This document shows, one piece after another, positions 6,407 to 13,929 of a DNA stretch of 29,177 bases. Location: contig DASUMF010000438.1 in assembly GCA_036277835.1 (NCBI GenBank), positions 1-29,177 on the forward strand, written 5' to 3'. The position numbers were made by a program, and so were the translations under genes. Positions within the stretch are counted from its first letter, which is position 1. Each line of letters begins with the position of its first letter. The stretch comes from Acidimicrobiia bacterium (GTDB lineage: Bacteria > Actinomycetota > Acidimicrobiia > IMCC26256 > DASPTH01). Under the pieces are notes generated by a model. That model saw only the letters and a program-made list of their open reading frames with translations. It searched no databases and was not told where the DNA came from.

Positions 6407-8842
6407 TCAGCCCGCGACCCCGGCCTCCCGCATCGCCGCGATGCGCTCGTCGTCGTAGCCGAGCTCGCGCAGGACCGCATCGGTCTGCGCCCCGAGCAGC
6501 GGCGCGTTCCCAGTGACGGTCTCCGACCGTGAGAACGTGACGGTCGGGGTGAGCCGCGGGTAGGTGTCGAGCATGGGGTGCGTCGCCTCCGTGACGATCC
6601 CGAGCTTCTCGCCGAGACCGCCGCCGAACCACACGACCTCCTCGACCGGGCCCGCGACGACCGCGACGCACGCGACGTCGACCTTGGTGAGCCGGCGCTC
6701 CCACTCCTCGGCGGACGCGGTCGCGAACCGCTCCAGCAGCGTGGCCGCAAGCGCGTCCTCGTCGTCGGCGAGCGCGGGGTCGAGGTCGAGCTCCGCCGCG
6801 AGTGCCTGCCACTCGTCGTCGGCGGGCGCGGCGAGGAACACCCAACCCTCGGCGGTGGGGTAGAGGCGGTAGCGCGCGCCGAGCCCGTTGAGGTCGTGGT
6901 CGGGCGTCTGGAGCTCGGGACGGCCGGAGTACTCGATCATGTCCTCGGCCAGGCAGTGGGCCATGGTCGAGAGCATCGAGGTCGTCATCTGCTGGCCTGG
7001 CGCGCCGCGACGCTTCGCGAGGATCCCGAGCAGGAGGGCCGTGCCGACGCCGAGCGCGGAGAAGCCGTCGGCCTGGCCGACCGACATCGTCGCCGCGCCG
7101 AGCCGCGCCGCGTAGAGGCGCACCTCGAGCATCGAGAGCGAGGGATCGCCCGGGACGTTCTGGCGCCCGCCGACGTTGCGGTACCCCAGCCCCGAGCCGG
7201 CGCCGATGGTGGGCGCGTAGGCGGGACGCTGCCCGAACGGCGGACCGGTGCCGTAGCCGGGCGCGTCGAGGTAGACGAGGTCGGGGTTCACCGCGAGGAG
7301 ATCGGCAGCGGTGTAACCGTGGCGCTCGGCGACGCCGGCGCGGAAGCTCTGCAGCACGACGTCGGCGCGTCGCACCAGCTCGTGGACGACCTCGCGGCCC
7401 TCCTCCGACGCGATGTCGACCGCGACGCTCTCCTTGCCCTGCAGGACCTTGATGCCACCGATCTCGGGGAACGGCATGATGTTGCGGATCGGGTCACCGT
7501 CGAGCTGCTCGACCTTGATGACGCGTGCGCCGAGGTCGGTGAGCACCGTGGCGCCGTAGGGCGCGGCGTAGTAGGTGCCGAGCTCGATGATGGTGAGGCC
7601 GGCGAGGGGCGGCGGAGTTGCTTCGTCGCCGGCGGGCGACGCGTCGGGCGATGGCGCGTCGATGGAGGCGCGGATCGCTGCTGCGTGCTCGTCGAGCGCG
7701 GGGGCGGTGGCGCCGAGCTCGGCCGGGGTCTCCGACATGAGCACGATCGGCCCCGGCTGCAGCACCGGGCCGAGGGTCGGGTCCTGGATCTCCGTGGTGC
7801 GATGGTCCTGGACCATCTGCGGGTGGTGCAGCAGCTCGGTGTGGTCGCGGAACATCTCGGCCCACACGTCGGGCTCGCGCTCGAACTCCTGCAGCCACTC
7901 CGCGTAGGTCTTCGACCGGGTGATCTCGAGTGCCTTCTCGGTCCACTTGATCATCCCGCCCGGGTCGTCCTCGGAGGTCGACCCGAGGAACTCGGGGTCC
8001 TCGGAGAGCTTGTCGAGCCCGGTGAGACGGAGGAACGCCTGCCACAGGCGCTCGGCCATCTGCGAGAACTGCATGTACTGGCCGTCCTTGGTGAAGCCGA
8101 CCATCAAGCGGAGGTGGATGGGCGAGGCGATCACCGCGGTCGCGGGCGCGTCGGCGGTCGCGCTGGTGGTGCTCGTCGGCGCAGCCGGGGTGAACGCGTC
8201 GGCGTAGCGCGTGGTGAGCAACCGGATCAGCCAGTTCCACGGGTCGTGCGCGATGACGCCCTGCACGAGCGACGTCTCGACCCACTGCCCCGTGCCGGTG
8301 CTCTCACGGTCGACGAGCGCGGCGAGGATGCCGTGGAGGCCGAGCTGGCTCGCGCTGAAGGTGCAGTACGGCGACGCGACGTAGCACGGACCAGGGCGCG
8401 TCGACAGCGCCGAGAACGCGTCGAGCGCGCCGATCTTGGCCATCACGATCGGCTCGTACGCCTTGAGGTGCGACAGCTCGTTGTCGCGTCCGAACCCGGT
8501 GATCGACGCGTAGACCAGGCGTGGGTTGCGGGCCGAGAGCGTGTCGTAGTCGAGGCCGAAGCGCGCCGCGACGCCGGGGCGCCAGGTGTCGACCACGACG
8601 TCGGCTGCGGCGGCGAGCCCCTGGGCGACCTCGAGGTCGGCGGGATCGTTCAGATCCAGCTCGATGCTCCGCTTGCCACGCGCCCAGAACGGCCACGCCG
8701 GCTCCCGGCGGAGCGGGTTGCCGCCCGGTCGTTCGATCATGACCACGTCGCAGCCGAAGTCGGCCAACGTCTGCGTGACGTGGGCGCCCGTCTGCGTGCT
8801 GGTCAGGTCGACGACGGTCAAGCCTGCAAGCGGTCCGGCCAT
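6407..8842 (-). CDS. Fused double-domain class III (CaiB/BaiF) CoA-transferase
   Basis: Two repeats of PLAGLT.V/I.L...LADFG/LTDLGA.V(I/V)..E, RGK/QGK.S, DVV...R.GVA.R.G; GGAGGGAG RBS before ATG 8842. Confidence 0.9.
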   Translation of the reverse strand: MAGPLAGLTVVDLTSTQTGAHVTQTLADFGCDVVMIERPGGNPLRREPAWPFWARGKRSIELDLNDPADLEVAQGLAAAADVVVDTWRPGVAARFGLDYDTLSARNPRLVYASITGFGRDNELSHLKAYEPIVMAKIGALDAFSALSTRPGPCYVASPYCTFSASQLGLHGILAALVDRESTGTGQWVETSLVQGVIAHDPWNWLIRLLTTRYADAFTPAAPTSTTSATADAPATAVIASPIHLRLMVGFTKDGQYMQFSQMAERLWQAFLRLTGLDKLSEDPEFLGSTSEDDPGGMIKWTEKALEITRSKTYAEWLQEFEREPDVWAEMFRDHTELLHHPQMVQDHRTTEIQDPTLGPVLQPGPIVLMSETPAELGATAPALDEHAAAIRASIDAPSPDASPAGDEATPPPLAGLTIIELGTYYAAPYGATVLTDLGARVIKVEQLDGDPIRNIMPFPEIGGIKVLQGKESVAVDIASEEGREVVHELVRRADVVLQSFRAGVAERHGYTAADLLAVNPDLVYLDAPGYGTGPPFGQRPAYAPTIGAGSGLGYRNVGGRQNVPGDPSLSMLEVRLYAARLGAATMSVGQADGFSALGVGTALLLGILAKRRGAPGQQMTTSMLSTMAHCLAEDMIEYSGRPELQTPDHDLNGLGARYRLYPTAEGWVFLAAPADDEWQALAAELDLDPALADDEDALAATLLERFATASAEEWERRLTKVDVACVAVVAGPVEEVVWFGGGLGEKLGIVTEATHPMLDTYPRLTPTVTFSRSETVTGNAPLLGAQTDAVLRELGYDDERIAAMREAGVAG

Positions 8843-8920
8843 GGTGCTCCCTCCGAGGTGTCCGAGCCGCCCATGTCTAGCGCAGGAGCGTGGCACCTGT
8901 GACAGGGTGCAGTATCGCCG

Positions 8921-11074
8921 CTACTTGATCAGGGGGTCGCGCGGGAGGCCGAGGATCCGCTCGCCGATCTGGTTGCGCGTGATCTCCGACGTGCCACCGG
9001 CGATCGAGAGCGCACGGGTGAAGAGCAACGCGTTCGCCACCAGCGCGCCCGAGCCCTCCAGCACCACGGTGTCGGGACCGAGCAGCGCGAGCCCGAGGTC
9101 GGCCGACCACTGGGCCTGCTCCGCGCTCAGCAGCTTGGTGACGTTGCCTTCGGGCCCCGGCTCGGCGTTCGCGACCGCACGTTCGACGCGACGGAGGTTG
9201 AGCGCCCGCATCGCGGAGCCCTGCGCGACGAACCGGCCGACCTCGGCGGCGAGCGCGGCGGGGCGACCCTGCGCGCCGAACAGCTCGACGACGGGCACAC
9301 CGAACCCGCTGCCACCGCCGCCGATGCTGACGCGCTCGTTGCCGAGCGTCGCGCGAGCGACGGTCCAGCCGTCGTTGATCTGGCCCACGACGTCGTCGTC
9401 GGGGACGAACACCTTGTCGAAGAACACCTCGTTGAACATGGCGGCGCCGGTCGCTTCGCGCAGCGGCCGGACCTCCACGCCGTCGGCGTGCATGTCGATG
9501 ACCATCGTCGTGATCCCGGCGTGCTTCGGGACGTCGGGATCGGTGCGGACGGTCGCGAGGCCGTGCGTGCAGAACTGCGCGCCGCTCGTCCACACCTTCT
9601 GGCCGGTGACCTCCCAGCCGCCGTCGACGCGCACGCCCTTGGTGCGGATCCCGGCCGCGTCGGAGCCCGCGTCGGGCTCGCTGAACAGCTGGCACCAGTT
9701 GAGCTCGCGCTCGAGCGTCGGACGGATCCACCGCGCGATCTGGTCTTCGCTGGCGTGCGAGAGCATGGTGAGCATGATCCAGCCCGTGATGCCGTAGTTC
9801 ACGGGTTGCAGTCCGGCGGCGCCGAACTCGGCTTCGATCACGAGCTGCTCGAGCGCCTTCGCTTCGCGGCCCCACGGCTTGGGCCAGTGCGGCTGCACGT
9901 AGCCGGTGTCGATGAGACGGGTGAGCTGCTCGGCGCCCTCGAGCGCCGCGATCTCCTGGGCCGCGACGCGGGTGGCGTCGCGGTACTCCTCGGCCTCCGG
10001 GGGAAGGGTGAAGTCGAGGTCGCGCGTGACGCCGTCGACCGCGTGCCCGGCGACCGCGGCCGCCGCGGCGCGCGCGTCGACCAGCGCGGCGAGCGTCGAG
10101 GCGCGACGCAGGATGAGGTGGCCGTCGTGCTCCCACGTGAACCCGATGCCGCCGTGGATCTGGATGTTGAGCTGGGCGTTCTTCAGGTACGCGGGGACGG
10201 CGAGGCTCGCGGCGGTCGCGCACGCGAGCGAGAACTGGTCGGCGGGGCCGTCGGCCGAACGAGCGGCGTCCCACACCGCCGCCGTCGCGAGCTCCGCCGC
10301 GACGAGCATGTTGGCGCAGTGGTGCTTCACGGCCTGGTACATGCCGATCGGGCGGCCGAACTGCTCGCGCTCCTTCGCGTACGCGCTGCTCGCGTCGACG
10401 CAGTCCTGCGCGCCACCGGCGGCCTCGGCCGCCGTGAGCAGGAGGGTGAGGTCGCGGGCGACGGCCGCCGCGCCCGTGAGCACGCGCGAGTCGTCGACCG
10501 CCACCTCGTGCAGCGTGACCTTCGCGGCCCGACGGGTCGGGTCGAGGTTCGTGGGTACGTTCACGTCGACGCCGGGCGTGCTCGCGTCGAGCACGACGAC
10601 GTCGTCGCCGACCGGCACCAGGAGCACGTCGGCGAGACCGCCACCGAGCACCAGGCCGGCGTCACCGGACACGGTGCTGCCGCTGCGAGCGGCCGCGCCG
10701 GCGGTTGCGAGCGCACCGGCGCGCGAGCCGTCGGCGAGCCCGGGCAGCAGCGCCGCCTGCTGGGCGTCGGTGCCGCACCGCGCGATCACCGCGGAGGACA
10801 GCACCGTGGGCAGGAACGGTCCGGGTGCCGTGGCACGCCCGAGCTCCTCGAGCACCACCACGAGCTCCGCGAGGCCGTACCCGGACCCTCCGTGCTGCTC
10901 GGGGAGGTGCAGGCCGAGCCAGCCGAGCGCCGCGAGCTCGTCCCAGAACGGCGGACGGGCCTCGTCGGGGCTCTCGAGCAGGTCGCGCGCCGCGGCGCGG
11001 GCCTTGTTGGCATCGAGGAACGAGCGCGCGACGTCGGCCAGCTCGCGGTGGGTATCGGTGATCGCAATCGACAT
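8921..11074 (-). CDS. Fused double-domain acyl-CoA dehydrogenase (FadE22/FadE34-like architecture)
   Basis: N-half LPEQHGGSG...LEELGR..APGP, RxQFGRPIG.YQAVKH; C-half WCQLFSEPDAGSD, GQKVWTS, FNEVFFD, LGNER, IAGGTSEI..N.IGERILGLP. Confidence 0.92.
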   Translation of the reverse strand: MSIAITDTHRELADVARSFLDANKARAAARDLLESPDEARPPFWDELAALGWLGLHLPEQHGGSGYGLAELVVVLEELGRATAPGPFLPTVLSSAVIARCGTDAQQAALLPGLADGSRAGALATAGAAARSGSTVSGDAGLVLGGGLADVLLVPVGDDVVVLDASTPGVDVNVPTNLDPTRRAAKVTLHEVAVDDSRVLTGAAAVARDLTLLLTAAEAAGGAQDCVDASSAYAKEREQFGRPIGMYQAVKHHCANMLVAAELATAAVWDAARSADGPADQFSLACATAASLAVPAYLKNAQLNIQIHGGIGFTWEHDGHLILRRASTLAALVDARAAAAAVAGHAVDGVTRDLDFTLPPEAEEYRDATRVAAQEIAALEGAEQLTRLIDTGYVQPHWPKPWGREAKALEQLVIEAEFGAAGLQPVNYGITGWIMLTMLSHASEDQIARWIRPTLERELNWCQLFSEPDAGSDAAGIRTKGVRVDGGWEVTGQKVWTSGAQFCTHGLATVRTDPDVPKHAGITTMVIDMHADGVEVRPLREATGAAMFNEVFFDKVFVPDDDVVGQINDGWTVARATLGNERVSIGGGGSGFGVPVVELFGAQGRPAALAAEVGRFVAQGSAMRALNLRRVERAVANAEPGPEGNVTKLLSAEQAQWSADLGLALLGPDTVVLEGSGALVANALLFTRALSIAGGTSEITRNQIGERILGLPRDPLIK

Positions 11075-11080
11075 GCCGAC

Positions 11081-11086
11081 AGACTC
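11081..11086 (-). promoter_or_regulatory. -10-like hexamer GAGTCT, leaderless-type, for the acyl-CoA dehydrogenase
   Basis: NANNNT exactly 6 nt before ATG 11074; no SD. Confidence 0.35.
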
Positions 11087-11140
11087 ACCGCTGCGCGCTG
11101 CGATGTCCAACCGGCCCGGTCGGGATCGGGTCGGCCCGCC

Positions 11141-12043
11141 CTACGCGGTCGGCTGCTCCGGCGGCTCCGGCGGCTTCATCCCCGGAAACTCCATGCCCGG
11201 TGGGAGGCGCAGCTCACGCCACAGGTGCTCCTGGGCGATGCTCGCGACGAGGGTTCCGCTCGAGTCGTACACCGAGCCGGTGTAGTAGCCGCGCCCGCGA
11301 GCCAGGCGGACCGCAGCGAGGTCGAACAGCACCCAGTCGTCGAGGCGGACGTCGGGGTCGTGGAACCAGACGGCGTGGTCGAGGCTCGGGCCGCCCATGG
11401 GCGTGTCGCGGGTGGGCAGCTCGTAGAAGCCGGTGCCGACGTCGGAGAGGAAGGTGAGCACGCACTGGTGCACGAGCGCGTCGTCGGGGAGCGGCGCGCG
11501 CGTGCGCGCCCAGTAGCGGTTGAGGCGCCGGTTGCCGTCGGACTGGTTGGGTGCAGGCACGGTCCGGAGGTCGAACATCGGGCCGAAGCCGAAGAACTCG
11601 CCCTCGCTGAGGTCCTCGGGAAGGGGCACGTCGGGGAGCGCAGGCACCTGCAGGTCGTCGCCGGACTCGTCGACGTGGAACGACGCGAGCATGCTGAAGA
11701 TCGCGTCGCCGTTCTGGCGTGCGACCACGTGGCGCGCGCTGAACGAGCGGCCGTCGCGGTCGCGGTCGACGTGCAGGATCGTCGGGCGATCGGGGCTTCC
11801 GGGGCGCAGGAAGTAGCCGTGCAGTGAGTGGAGCATCCGACCCTCGGGTGCGGTGAGGTTCGCCGCGCGCACGGCCTGGGCCGCGACCTGCCCGCCGAAC
11901 AGCCGGAAGCGCTGCGAGTCGGCCGGGTTCGTCGCCCGGTAGAGGTCGCGATCGATCTCCTCGAGCTCGAGCAGTGCGACGAGGTGGTCGACGTCGCGAG
12001 GACTCGCCTCGGCCGGTGTGGGATGCGCGAACGCGTCGGTCAT
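11141..12043 (-). CDS. tesB: Acyl-CoA thioesterase II (double hot-dog)
   Basis: LFGGQVAAQA, HSLHGYFLRPG, ASFH, FLSD, SLDHAVWFH, IAQE motifs. Confidence 0.9.
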   Translation of the reverse strand: MTDAFAHPTPAEASPRDVDHLVALLELEEIDRDLYRATNPADSQRFRLFGGQVAAQAVRAANLTAPEGRMLHSLHGYFLRPGSPDRPTILHVDRDRDGRSFSARHVVARQNGDAIFSMLASFHVDESGDDLQVPALPDVPLPEDLSEGEFFGFGPMFDLRTVPAPNQSDGNRRLNRYWARTRAPLPDDALVHQCVLTFLSDVGTGFYELPTRDTPMGGPSLDHAVWFHDPDVRLDDWVLFDLAAVRLARGRGYYTGSVYDSSGTLVASIAQEHLWRELRLPPGMEFPGMKPPEPPEQPTA

Positions 12044-12049
12044 CGGGCG

Positions 12050-12055
12050 ATCCTA
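12050..12055 (-). promoter_or_regulatory. -10 hexamer TAGGAT, leaderless-type, for tesB
   Basis: TANNNT exactly 6 nt before ATG 12043. Confidence 0.55.
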
Positions 12056-12120
12056 CGCAGCGGCCCGCGCGGCGGGAGCCGCCGGTTGCCTCGGTCGCGT
12101 CCGGCGACTACAAGAAGGCG

Positions 12121-13230
12121 GTGATCGAAACCTTCCGCATCGACGTGCCGCAGTCCACCCTCGACGACCTGCACGAGCGCCTCGCTCGAACGCGGTTCCC
12201 GAACGAGATCGACGGGATCGGGTGGGAGCAGGGCACGCCGCTGGCCTACGAGCGCGAGCTCGTGGAGTACTGGCGTGACGGCTACGACTGGCGCGCGCAC
12301 GAGGCGCGGCTGAACTCGTTCGACAACTTCATGACGGAGGTCGACGGGCAGCACATCCACTTCCTGCACGTGCGCTCACCCCACGAGGGCGCGATGCCCT
12401 TGCTGCTCGCGCACGGATGGCCCGGCTCGGTCGTCGAGTTCCTCGACACCATCGAGGGGTTCACGAACCCGCCCGACCCCGCTGACGCGTGCTCGCTCGT
12501 GATCCCGTCGCTCCCCGGGTACGCGTTCTCGGCGCCGACGACCGAGCGCGGCTGGAACCCGCGGAAGATCGCGGAGGCGTTCGGCGCGCTGATGGCCGAG
12601 CTCGGGTACGAGCGCTACGGGGTGCAGGGCGGCGACTGGGGCTCGATGATCGTGTGCAACATGGCCGACCTCTTTCCCGACCGGGTGATCGGGCTCCACG
12701 TGAACTTCCTCACCGTGCCGCCACCGAAGGGAGAGGCGCCGCCGGAGCCGTCCGCGCCGAGTCGACGGTTCAACACGACCGGAAGCGGCTACCAGCAGAT
12801 CCAGGGCACGAAGCCGCAGACCATCGGCTACCTGCTCGACGACTCACCCGCGGGGCTCGCCGGGTGGATCGTCGAGAAGTTGCGTGAGTGGAGCGACTGC
12901 GACGGCGACGTCGAGCGTGCGTTCACCAAGGACCAGGTGCTCACGAACATCATGCTCTACTGGGTGAACACCGCCGGTGCGTCGTCGGCGCGCCTCTACT
13001 GGGAGATGCGACAGGCAGGCGCGGACGCGGTGCCGCGGGCGAAGGTCACGGTGCCGACCGGCGTCGCGAACTTCCCGGGCGAGATCGGCCGGTGCGAGCG
13101 CGTGCACGCGGAGCGTCGTTACAACATCGTCCACTGGACGGAGCACGAGCGCGGCGGCCACTTCGCGGCGATGGAGCAACCAGAGGCGTTCGTCGACGAC
13201 GTCCAGACCTTCTTCCGGTCGTTGCGCTGA
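12121..13230 (+). CDS. Epoxide hydrolase (alpha/beta, EHN domain), paralog 2
   Basis: FRIDVP...L.ERLARTRFP, HGWPGS, GGDWG, RLYWE, FPGE, GGHFAAME; start placed at GTG 12121 where family similarity begins (start uncertain). Confidence 0.9.
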   Translation: MIETFRIDVPQSTLDDLHERLARTRFPNEIDGIGWEQGTPLAYERELVEYWRDGYDWRAHEARLNSFDNFMTEVDGQHIHFLHVRSPHEGAMPLLLAHGWPGSVVEFLDTIEGFTNPPDPADACSLVIPSLPGYAFSAPTTERGWNPRKIAEAFGALMAELGYERYGVQGGDWGSMIVCNMADLFPDRVIGLHVNFLTVPPPKGEAPPEPSAPSRRFNTTGSGYQQIQGTKPQTIGYLLDDSPAGLAGWIVEKLREWSDCDGDVERAFTKDQVLTNIMLYWVNTAGASSARLYWEMRQAGADAVPRAKVTVPTGVANFPGEIGRCERVHAERRYNIVHWTEHERGGHFAAMEQPEAFVDDVQTFFRSLR

Positions 13231-13239
13231 CGCCCACAA

Positions 13240-13290
13240 CGAACTGGCGTCAAAACAGCTGGATTCTTCAGCCGAATTGACGCCAGTTCG
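13240..13290. repeat. Long inverted repeat between convergent genes (bidirectional terminator or REP-like element)
   Basis: Perfect 14-bp arms CGAACTGGCGTCAA (13240-13253) and TTGACGCCAGTTCG (13277-13290), plus a partial inner stem. Confidence 0.85.
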
Positions 13291-13299
13291 CGGTTTGGG

Positions 13300-13929
13300 T
13301 CAGGCGGTCGTGTTGTCCCAGTGGTTCCAGTACGTGATCTCTTCGATGGGACGACGGACCGCGGGCTTGAAGTCGTCGCCGGTGAAGTACGCGACGGGGA
13401 GCAGGCAGGACTGCACGTAGCCGTCGGGCACGCCGAGCAGCTCGGCCGCTTCGCGCTCGCGGTTGAGGTGCACGGTGGTGATCACGGAGCCGAGCCCACG
13501 GCTGCGCAACGCGAGGATGAAGCTCCACACCGCGGGATACATCGAGGGTTGCCACCCCGCCGCACCTCCCTTGTCCTGCGTGCACGGGATGACGTACATC
13601 GGCACCTCGTGGATGTGGTCGCGCAGGTAGAAGGCGGACTCCATCACGCGCGTTTGCTGCGGCGTCTGCTCGGGCCGTGCTTCACCGGGGCCCCGCGGCG
13701 TGGCCGGCGGGTTCTGGTACAGCTCCGCGATCGCCTGGAGCGTGTCCGGTTCGTCGATCACCAACCAGCGCCAGAGCTGCGCGTTGCTGCCGGTCGGTGC
13801 CTGCACCGCGAGGCGAAGGCACTCGAGGATCACGTCGTGGGGGACCGGGCGCGTGAAGTCGAGGCGCCGCCGCACTGCACGCGTCGTGCTCAGCAGGTGG
13901 TCGACGGTCTCGAGGTCGAGCTTCGTCAT
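13300..13929 (-). CDS. Nitroreductase-family FMN-binding protein
   Basis: LLSTTRAVRRRLDF, AVQAPTGSN.Q.WRW, FILALRSRGLGS..TT, LLPVAY; GAGAGGA RBS; ATGA overlap with the upstream Mo enzyme. Confidence 0.9.
   Translation of the reverse strand: MTKLDLETVDHLLSTTRAVRRRLDFTRPVPHDVILECLRLAVQAPTGSNAQLWRWLVIDEPDTLQAIAELYQNPPATPRGPGEARPEQTPQQTRVMESAFYLRDHIHEVPMYVIPCTQDKGGAAGWQPSMYPAVWSFILALRSRGLGSVITTVHLNREREAAELLGVPDGYVQSCLLPVAYFTGDDFKPAVRRPIEEITYWNHWDNTTA

Noticed and set aside
4689-11074. Anaerobic toluene (bbs) or cholesterol (KstR regulon) pathway assignment
   Set aside because: No benzylsuccinate synthase or steroid ring enzymes, and no KstR/KstR2-type operator noticed in intergenic DNA; only enzyme-class analogy is supported
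11094-11112. Fourth TetR operator upstream of the ACAD (GTCCAAC)
   Set aside because: Only one half-site matches (9/19 overall)
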